Shown: piece after piece, positions 1 to 6,734 of the stretch | Layout: each line of letters opens with the position of its first letter | Position numbering within the stretch: position 1 is the first letter of the stretch | NCBI GenBank assembly: GCA_043816005.1 | Contig: JBDRIM010000043.1 | Location: forward strand, 1-14,190 | From: Candidatus Micrarchaeota archaeon | GTDB taxonomy: Archaea > Micrarchaeota > Micrarchaeia > Anstonellales > Bilamarchaeaceae | DNA: 14,190 bases | Reading direction: 5' to 3' | Notes under the pieces: model-generated | What the model was told of the DNA's origin: nothing | The model's input: the letters and a program-made list of their open reading frames with translations, nothing else | Database searches by the model: none | Translations under genes and position numbers: made by a program

Positions 1-381
1 CAATGGAACAGCAATATAATCAGAAACTAAAGCAGAACCTACCTGAGTCATTAGATCACAAGACAATGGTCTTGGAGGAATGCAAGTTCCACCATCAGCA
101 GAACCGCCATCCGAACCAAATTCTGTAGTTCCACCAGCATCTTGATCTACAGATGTATCTTGACCACTATCACCTAAATTAGGGACACCACCATCAAAAA
201 CTGTCAATGTGGGTTGTGGATTTGGTTCTATACCAATAGTACATGCAGTACCAAAACCAACAGTCGCAGTTACTAATGAAATTAATGGTAAAACTTTTCT
301 GCTAAACCAGCCTTTTTTTGACTCATCTCTGCCTTCTGGTTTTGCAGTTCTTGAAATATCTCCATGTTGAAGTCTGTTCAT
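1..381 (-). CDS. Secreted/lipoprotein-like protein with DGG/DAG-rich linker (5' part; runs off the window edge)
   Basis: Not in the ORF track; read by hand. ATG at 381 with SD AGGTGAGG at 388-395, open to position 1: MNRLQHGDISRTAKPEGRDESKKGWFSRKVLPLISLVTATVGFGTACTIGIEPNPQPTLTVFDGGVPNLGDSGQDTSVDQDAGGTTEFGSDGGSADGGTCIPPRPLSC... Basic n-region, hydrophobic h-region, then a lipobox-like GTAC. Confidence 0.85.
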   Translation of the reverse strand, partial: MNRLQHGDISRTAKPEGRDESKKGWFSRKVLPLISLVTATVGFGTACTIGIEPNPQPTLTVFDGGVPNLGDSGQDTSVDQDAGGTTEFGSDGGSADGGTCIPPRPLSCDLMTQVGSALVSDYIAVPL

Positions 382-436
382 AATAATCCTCACCTAATCA
401 CAATTGTGTGTCAATATGGAATTATGTAGGTAATAC

Positions 437-444
437 TTTATAAA
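437..444 (-). promoter_or_regulatory. Candidate archaeal TATA box for the 381-start gene
   Basis: TTTATAAA about 56 nt upstream of the ATG in a short intergenic gap. Confidence 0.5.
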
Positions 445-479
445 TGAATTGTTTGTATTCGGTTAATTCCGAGGTTAGT

Positions 480-2450
480 TCAGTTTACTTTTGCAATTGA
501 ATTAATAAGTAAAAGTGATGTTTTTTCAGTATTTTTTTTGTCCAGACCATCTATGTGAGCATTCAGAATTGATCTTGAAGTCGCAGTGGAGATATAAACA
601 TCATATAATCCGAAAACTAAATCAAGCAAATCCCGATCAATGAAAACATCCTGAATTCTGTTTAATGGAACTGTTAGTTCACGTGATCCAAAAACACCTT
701 TCCTTATGACTAGAACATCTTGATTGAGATCATAATAGTACTTTTTGTAATATTCAAGTTCATAACGATATTTTGCGACTATTGCTATAGCACTTAAGAT
801 GGCAGCCACCACCAAAAATAGCAATCCAAAAGTCTTAGGAACGAGAAGAGTCAATGCAGTCAAAATGATTAATGCACCTCCGAGATAAATAACCCACCAA
901 AGTGTTTTTTTGAGTGGTTTTCTCTTATCAAGAGGTATTTGTGCCACAAGCGGATTGATTCCAATACCGTCTAAACTTACACCAATTGCCTTGGCAATTA
1001 ATTCTTTTAGAGATTCTGCATCTTTATCTTTCAAAGAATTGATCATCTCATTTTCAGTAACTCCTGAAATTGTTGAGTTGCCTTTTGATAGATATTCTTT
1101 TGAGCCTGTTTCTAATTTTATGTTTGCGAGTTTTGCAAAACTATCAGAAAAAGAAATATGCTTTTCAATATCTTGTATTTTTCCAAATGGGATTTGTTTT
1201 TTTGTAAATGCTAAGAATTTGATGGTTATTTGAACAAAATCAGGGGTTATTGCATATCGATATGACATTTCAGAGATTGAGGCATTGATATATGCTGCTA
1301 TTGCTCTTACGATTGCAAATCCAATGCATACTAGAATTGCACCTGCACCAATCCAGATTGAGAATAGAAGTGAAATAAATACAAAGACCACAATTCCTAT
1401 GATAGCCCAAGTTGCAAACCCTAACAAGGTAGCATATTTTGCCGAATGCATGAATTCATTTTTATATGGCATTTCCATATGTGGAATTTTTGCTATTGGT
1501 TTTGCTGTTTTAATATTAGGAGTCGCTTTGAGTTCTGCTGCGGCTACAGCATTCCGGCTTTTTTCTAATACCATGTTTCTGAGTTTTAATGCATCGGATT
1601 TGAGTAGATATTTTAATTTCGCTCCAATTGCACTCGCCCCAGTCATTGTTTTTACTGAGAGAGTATGTACACCAAGCACCCTATCAAATATTGTTTGATC
1701 ATCACTAACATCCTGAATATTTCTGTAAAGATAAGTACTTTCTTTTGGAATGAAAAATCCTGTTCTTATGAATACCCCGTCTTTTCTGAGCTCATATCTT
1801 GTTACAGTATAGTCTAGATAGAGAGCTAGTAAAACAAGTGGAAGAAGAATTATCAGAGGTGGGAATACAAGGAAAAGAACAATACCCCAACTGAAAGTAT
1901 TTTGTATTAAGATTGACCCTAGTTTTGGTCGGAAAACTTCGCTTGGTTTTGCATCTGCTGGTTTTTCTTTAACTCCGCCAATCCACTCAAAAAGAATTTT
2001 CCTTAGATTTTCTGCATCTGCTTTTCCTAAACCATCAATGTGAGCTTCCCTTCCAGAAACGTCTGTTGCTGTGGAAAGATGAAGGTCATATAATCCAAAA
2101 ATTCTGTCAAACAAATCTTGATCAAGATAAATTTCCTGAACTTTATGTTTTGGAACAGTAATTCGCCAACTACTTATCACTCCTTTACCAATAACTAAAC
2201 CATCTTCTGTTAGATCATAGAAATAATTTTTGTAATAAATTGATTCATAGATGAAACTAATTCCTGCCACAGCCATAAGAAGAATAAGTGATGCTATTAG
2301 TCCGCCCAACAACCCCATAGCAGCAATGAACAAAAATAGCAAAACGAAAATTGTAATGACAAAAAAACCTACAACTACCCCTATAGTTTTCTTTATTATT
2401 TTGACTTTTTTAAGCGGGTATTTTTTTACCAAACTATCAGTCTGTGACAT
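480..2450 (-). CDS. YdbT-like membrane protein with four bacterial PH (bPH_2) domains
   Basis: Four repeats of Y-x-L/I...G...IP/VP..IQD/VQE.....D..FG...L...T, each preceded by hydrophobic segments. The likely start is ATG 2450 (MSQTDS), overlapping the end of the upstream gene; the track start at 2474 is a non-ATG extension. Confidence 0.85.
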   Translation of the reverse strand: MSQTDSLVKKYPLKKVKIIKKTIGVVVGFFVITIFVLLFLFIAAMGLLGGLIASLILLMAVAGISFIYESIYYKNYFYDLTEDGLVIGKGVISSWRITVPKHKVQEIYLDQDLFDRIFGLYDLHLSTATDVSGREAHIDGLGKADAENLRKILFEWIGGVKEKPADAKPSEVFRPKLGSILIQNTFSWGIVLFLVFPPLIILLPLVLLALYLDYTVTRYELRKDGVFIRTGFFIPKESTYLYRNIQDVSDDQTIFDRVLGVHTLSVKTMTGASAIGAKLKYLLKSDALKLRNMVLEKSRNAVAAAELKATPNIKTAKPIAKIPHMEMPYKNEFMHSAKYATLLGFATWAIIGIVVFVFISLLFSIWIGAGAILVCIGFAIVRAIAAYINASISEMSYRYAITPDFVQITIKFLAFTKKQIPFGKIQDIEKHISFSDSFAKLANIKLETGSKEYLSKGNSTISGVTENEMINSLKDKDAESLKELIAKAIGVSLDGIGINPLVAQIPLDKRKPLKKTLWWVIYLGGALIILTALTLLVPKTFGLLFLVVAAILSAIAIVAKYRYELEYYKKYYYDLNQDVLVIRKGVFGSRELTVPLNRIQDVFIDRDLLDLVFGLYDVYISTATSRSILNAHIDGLDKKNTEKTSLLLINSIAKVN

Positions 2451-2862
2451 GTTTTGCCTCTTTGATTCTTTCAAATAATGCTGTTTTGAATTTTTCTGCG
2501 CTTTCTTTAGTTAGCCAGGGCACTATTTCTGAACCTCTTGCAGTTGCAGTTGTAGTGAAAACAGAAACATTCCACATATTGAATAATCGATCAGTATACC
2601 CTTGAGAAACGTGAATATCTTGTATGTTCTCATAGGGGATAAGTGTGTAGGAATCTGTGATTACTCCTTTTCTTACGAATAGATGAGTTTTTTCTAATCT
2701 AAACTTGAATTTTTTTACGTATTCAAGACTATACCAGATTAGAAGCGGCCAGGTTAATGGAATTATTACGAATGGGAGTATATTGAGAGTATTGTTAAAA
2801 ATCGTCAATAATTTTGCGCTGTCAGAAAATAATTCGGAGTTTTCTTTATCTTCGTTTAGCAT
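2437..2862 (-). CDS. YdbS-like single bPH_2 domain membrane protein
   Basis: FRLEKTHLFVRKGVITDSYTLIPYENIQDIHVSQGYTDRLFNMWNVSVFT is a typical bPH_2 signature after one hydrophobic segment. It overlaps the downstream YdbT-like gene. Confidence 0.85.
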   Translation of the reverse strand: MLNEDKENSELFSDSAKLLTIFNNTLNILPFVIIPLTWPLLIWYSLEYVKKFKFRLEKTHLFVRKGVITDSYTLIPYENIQDIHVSQGYTDRLFNMWNVSVFTTTATARGSEIVPWLTKESAEKFKTALFERIKEAKHVTD

Positions 2863-2910
2863 GGTGTTATTTCTCGCTCTTAATTTTTAATTCATATGAT
2901 AACTAATAGT

Positions 2911-4947
2911 TTATTTCCTAAAAAATAACCCTGCACCAAATCCTGCTAGAAGTCCTAATCCCCCTAATGCACCAACTAAAATTAGCGGAGTTAAATCAGT
3001 TTTTGGTTCAATAGAAGGAGCTGGAGGAGGTACTATTGACGTATCTGGTAATATTTCTGGTGGAGTAATTTCATTATTACTGGAATCATCATTAGTATCA
3101 TCATCAGTTACATCTGGTTGCACTGGTGGTGTTACTGGTTGCTCTTCTGGTTGTTCAACTGGAGGTTCTTCTGGTAGTACTTCATCCACCACGTCTTCTG
3201 GTTCCACTTCTGGCTCATTAATTTGTTCTTCAACACAATTAAATTCAAATTCTATTTCATGAGGAACATAATTGCTTTTGTAAGCATTTATTCTGTAAAT
3301 TCCTTCATACATACCACTCATGTTAAATTCTGCAATTCCATCAACTGTGTTTTTTGTTTGAAGAACTCCGCCATAAGGCTCATACAATGTTAATTTTACT
3401 AATGCATCTTCTGATGCAGTAACTTCAAGAATAGGACAGGTAAATTTATGAGTAATTTTGAGGACTTTAGTTTTAGAATTTTGATTATCACTTTGAGTTT
3501 CTTCCTCTTCTGATGCTGCAGTATAAACTAATGGAGCATACAAAGTTGTTACTGTCATATTGGCAGATGCTTCCATCTTATCTAAATCAGTGTAAAGAGC
3601 AGTTGGACTACTATAAGTCCAGCTGCTTCCAGCTAAAGTTGAACCTAATCCTAATGAAGCTTCAGAATATGAATCAAAGTCAGAACCATTGTAATAATAG
3701 ATAGCTGAAAAATTTGAAGATACTGAAGTGTTTGTTACATTAAACCAATAGTAGTTTCCATTGTGATTTTGTAGTATTTTTCCTGATGCACTTGCACCGT
3801 TTACTGAGCTTATTGTAGTATAGCCTGCAGCATCAAAATCAATTGTTTGAATTGAAACATTGTAGCTTGTGTTTAATCCAAAAGAAAAGTTTGAAGTTGT
3901 AATATTGTAACCATTTGTTGAAATTGAAGAATTGTAAAGATAGATTTCTTTTCCTGTTGAAGGAGTATTGTAAATTCCGTTGTTTCCTGAGAAAGTTAGG
4001 GAAGATGACCCATATAAACCTATGAAATTATCTGAAATTAGTAAAGCATATTGAGTTGCGTTGGTCACATTGTTTCCTTCAAATGTAGTGATTGTAGAAT
4101 CATAAGCAACGTAGAAACCAATAGTAGTATTATGTACTGTATTATTGTAAAGATAAGTATCTGTAGAATTAAAAAGTAAAAAACCAACACTAGTATTATA
4201 TGCTGTGTTATTAGTAAGTGTAATGTTATTGGTCATAATGATGAACCCCACCGTATTATAAGCAGTATTTGAGATTAGAGTGTTATTGGTGCATGTTGAA
4301 GATATTTGAAAGGCACTATTATCGGAATTATATGCAGTGTTAAAAGTTAATGTATTATTGTTGCTTGAATCATCTAGTCTAAAACATTCATTCTCACAAT
4401 TATATGCAGTATTATTAGTTACAATATTATTAGAACTCGAAGTAAATAAAAAATGATTATTATTAGTACCATTGTAAATAGTATTGTTAGATATGATGTT
4501 GTTGTTTCCTTCAATCACGAAACCATAATACATATCATAAGCAAGGATATCTGTTAAAGTACAGTTTCCTGAGGTATTGGTAAGTTGAATACTACTCGCG
4601 CCAGTAGCGCCACTTATAGTAAAATTACTCATATTCACAGAACTTACATTTATAGTAAAAACAGTATCAGAATCAGTATTACCAAAAACTTCTACTCCAG
4701 TTCCATTTCCATATAAATTAATCATTTTATTTACTCGTACAGTTTCATTATATCCAGAGCTTCCATTCTGACAGACAATAATTGTATCCCCTGCTGAAGC
4801 AGCATTTATTGCAGCTTGGATTGTAGAATAATTTGCAGTTGCTCCTGGAACACAAGAATCACCAGTGCCGTTTACTGCAAGAGTTGCAAAACTTAGACTA
4901 GATAAAAGAATTATTGATAAAAACACCGATATAGATTTACCAGACAT
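2911..4947 (-). CDS. Cell-surface glycoprotein with right-handed parallel beta-helix (NosD/pectin-lyase-like) repeats and a C-terminal membrane anchor
   Basis: Signal peptide; YSTIQAAINAASAGDTIIV cap motif; repeated NNTLxxNTAYN turns; many N-x-S/T sequons; acidic/Pro-rich stalk; C-terminal TM helix ending FFRK. Confidence 0.85.
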   Translation of the reverse strand: MSGKSISVFLSIILLSSLSFATLAVNGTGDSCVPGATANYSTIQAAINAASAGDTIIVCQNGSSGYNETVRVNKMINLYGNGTGVEVFGNTDSDTVFTINVSSVNMSNFTISGATGASSIQLTNTSGNCTLTDILAYDMYYGFVIEGNNNIISNNTIYNGTNNNHFLFTSSSNNIVTNNTAYNCENECFRLDDSSNNNTLTFNTAYNSDNSAFQISSTCTNNTLISNTAYNTVGFIIMTNNITLTNNTAYNTSVGFLLFNSTDTYLYNNTVHNTTIGFYVAYDSTITTFEGNNVTNATQYALLISDNFIGLYGSSSLTFSGNNGIYNTPSTGKEIYLYNSSISTNGYNITTSNFSFGLNTSYNVSIQTIDFDAAGYTTISSVNGASASGKILQNHNGNYYWFNVTNTSVSSNFSAIYYYNGSDFDSYSEASLGLGSTLAGSSWTYSSPTALYTDLDKMEASANMTVTTLYAPLVYTAASEEEETQSDNQNSKTKVLKITHKFTCPILEVTASEDALVKLTLYEPYGGVLQTKNTVDGIAEFNMSGMYEGIYRINAYKSNYVPHEIEFEFNCVEEQINEPEVEPEDVVDEVLPEEPPVEQPEEQPVTPPVQPDVTDDDTNDDSSNNEITPPEILPDTSIVPPPAPSIEPKTDLTPLILVGALGGLGLLAGFGAGLFFRK

Positions 4948-5021
4948 TTACACCAAATCAGTAACCAAGAGAAAGTTTATAATGTTGTTGTTGTGCCTCT
5001 TCTTAACGAACGAGTTTTTTG

Positions 5022-5350
5022 CTTCTTTTTCGCACTTGTTGCACAGCAACAAGGCGCACATCGAACGAGTCGTTCGATGATGTCCTAAAAAAGAAAACGC
5101 CGGGGAGGCTTTTAAAAAACGGAAGGCCGTTTTTTGTGCCCCCACCAACGCGTTATTTCAGTGGTTTACCACGAGCTCGCAGAGCGAGTGCAGTAAACCA
5201 AAAACGCCGGGGAGGAAGTTTGGGCTGTTGCCCAATACCTCCCTCACTACGTTGGTGGGGTTTGGAAGGGGCTCCGGCCCCTTCAAACAAACCAAAAACG
5301 CCGGGGAGGTTGATCGAACTTCGTTCGATGCCCTCCCGGCTCACTACGTT
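5022..5350 (-). repeat. Tandem tRNA-3'-end-linked repeat array with variable internal hairpins (about 3 units)
   Basis: CGCCGGGGAGG (+ strand; the last 11 nt of the tRNA) occurs at 5098-5108, 5205-5215, 5299-5309 and in the tRNA at 5351-5361. AAACCAAAAACGCCGGGGAGG is identical at 5195-5215 and 5289-5309. CTCACTACGTT occurs at 5243-5253 and 5340-5350. Perfect hairpins lie between these motifs. Confidence 0.85.
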
Positions 5351-5566
5351 CGCCGGGGAGGAGATTTGAACTCCTGAACGCTAATGCGCAATGGGTTTCC
5401 AACTTTTGGAAAAAGTTGGATCAAAACTTTTTCGTTAAGTTTTTGGGCGCTTCCCTATAAAAACGAGAATTCGTTTTTATGGGGCACGTGAACGCAATGC
5501 GTTCACGGTTGTTTTCTAAAAAGCGCGATAGCAACCCATCGCCCTACCGGACTAGGCGACCCCAGC
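5351..5566 (-). tRNA. tRNA-Ser(GCT) with a 132-nt intron at canonical position 37/38 (exons 5566-5529 and 5396-5351); CCA not encoded
   Basis: Minus strand: GCTGGGG TC GCCTAGTCCGGTAGGGC G ATGGG TTGCTA [intron] A CCCAT TGCGCATTAGCGTTC AGGAG TTCAAAT CTCCT CCCCGGC G. The acceptor, D, anticodon and T stems pair. The long variable arm and G73 discriminator fit Ser. Confidence 0.88.
5397..5528 (-). other. tRNA intron composed of stacked hairpins
   Basis: Hairpins at 5398-5420 (TCCAACTTTT/AAAAGTTGGA), ~5423-5443 (AAAACTT/AAGTTTT), 5453-5484 (ATAAAAACGA/TCGTTTTTAT core) and 5487-5507 (CGTGAACGC/GCGTTCACG), plus a closing helix GCGCTT 5447-5452 / AAGCGC 5521-5526. Confidence 0.75.
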
Positions 5567-5718
5567 GTGAAAACAACTGTTTCACGTTAGTGGAGGTAAC
5601 TTGAACCGCAGTTCAAGAACGACCACAAGCTTATGAATATTGATGCAATAACAACGGTTTTGAACGAATCAGAGTTCAAACAACCACAAAAGCAAGAGAT
5701 AAATATTCCTCATAAGGA

Positions 5719-5726
5719 TTTTAAAA
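5719..5726. promoter_or_regulatory. Palindromic TATA box TTTTAAAA; probably drives a leaderless transcript of the 5748 gene and possibly the tRNA on the opposite strand
   Basis: Ends about 22 nt before ATG 5748, which has no SD motif. Confidence 0.5.
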
Positions 5727-5747
5727 GCAAGACCAAAACAATATATC

Positions 5748-6602
5748 ATGGCTGATGATTTAGAGAAAGTTAAATTCGAAGCAGAATTACTTGAGATATT
5801 TGAAAAAAAGAGATATATCTTGAGCAAATATACTGAAGAAGGATTTGCAATACAAGGTGAGGGCGTTGCAGAAATAAAAGTTAACACAGATGAATTTCTG
5901 AAAATGCACAAATCAGGTAAATCAGCAGAAGAGATAGTTGAAATCATAATCGGTGCAAGAAGAGTAGTTGAAGAAAAACCAGTAGTAGATAACATTTACC
6001 CTCTTGTAAAGGACAAATATTACGTTAGTGCTTATCAAAATGCATTGAAACAGGCAGCAGAAAAAGCAGGCATGACATGGGATAATGCACTCCTTCCAAT
6101 GATCTTCAAAAATTGGCCTGATAAAGAAATATACATGTTCTGTGGTGCAACAACTGAAAAAGGATACAGATACATAACAAATAAAGAATTCCCCGCTTAC
6201 GGTTTGGATGAGAAAAAATTCTTTAGAATGATTTTTGATAACTTATATGGAAAACTTGATGGTTTTGTAAAAGATGGTTTAGTAAAAATAACAAAACAAG
6301 AAGATGGTAGTTTTATTTTAAATGTACAAGAAGATTTGGCAGCATCGTTTTTGATTATTGCAGAGAGGTATTTTGATTTCATCCAACGCAAAATAGATAA
6401 TGACCAGGCTGAATTTTTCTATGCATTCACAGTAAGTACAGAAGAGGTATATTTGTGTGATCCAAAAACATCAGTAGAAACTCTAAAGACAGTGATAAAC
6501 AAAATTACAGAAAGACAAAAAGAACTTACTAGTTTGCACCATCCACTTACAATAGAACCATTGCTTATAACAAGAAAAGGAATAACATTCATGAAAACTT
6601 AG
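5748..6602 (+). CDS. Hypothetical protein, weak resemblance to the DUF1444 (YtpQ) family
   Basis: 284-aa ORF with genome-typical composition. IYPLVK, GYRYIT...FDNL and DLAASFLI follow the order of DUF1444 motifs as I recall them; not searched. Confidence 0.7.
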   Translation: MADDLEKVKFEAELLEIFEKKRYILSKYTEEGFAIQGEGVAEIKVNTDEFLKMHKSGKSAEEIVEIIIGARRVVEEKPVVDNIYPLVKDKYYVSAYQNALKQAAEKAGMTWDNALLPMIFKNWPDKEIYMFCGATTEKGYRYITNKEFPAYGLDEKKFFRMIFDNLYGKLDGFVKDGLVKITKQEDGSFILNVQEDLAASFLIIAERYFDFIQRKIDNDQAEFFYAFTVSTEEVYLCDPKTSVETLKTVINKITERQKELTSLHHPLTIEPLLITRKGITFMKT

Positions 6603-6734
6603 CTTATACTGTACAACCGCAATCAACATTAGGATAAAATCGTCCAGATCTTATGTTTTCTATTGATCGCTTACCTAATTCCAAACCAACGTTCGCGAGG
6701 TACTCGTGTCTTACATTGTGCAGCAACCAAAAAA

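Noticed and set aside
399..408. Palindrome CACAATTGTG upstream of the first gene
   Set aside because: A single 10-bp palindrome with no second copy noticed; it could be chance.
5094..5361. CRISPR array interpretation of the repeats
   Set aside because: The repeats are only 11-21 nt, irregularly spaced and identical to the tRNA end. The spacers are themselves palindromic, and there are no cas genes in the window.
4865..5369. ORFs 4865-5080, 4948-5148, 5019-5369 and 5153-5344
   Set aside because: They are translations of the GC-richer hairpin/repeat region, with atypical composition and no SD or recognisable domain.
5397..5528. Group I intron or C/D-box guide RNA within the tRNA intron
   Set aside because: It is too short for group I, has no recognisable catalytic core, and no U|...G| register restores a 7-nt loop. 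I found no RUGAUGA/CUGA box pair.
5600..5617. LexA-like GAAC-N4-GTTC box
   Set aside because: Sister motifs have variable spacers and extended complementary arms, which fits hairpins better. The context is archaeal.
6603..6734. Possible ncRNA in the convergent intergenic gap
   Set aside because: Only a 4-bp hairpin (CGAG-GTA-CTCG) and weak end pairing; no recognisable RNA family motif.
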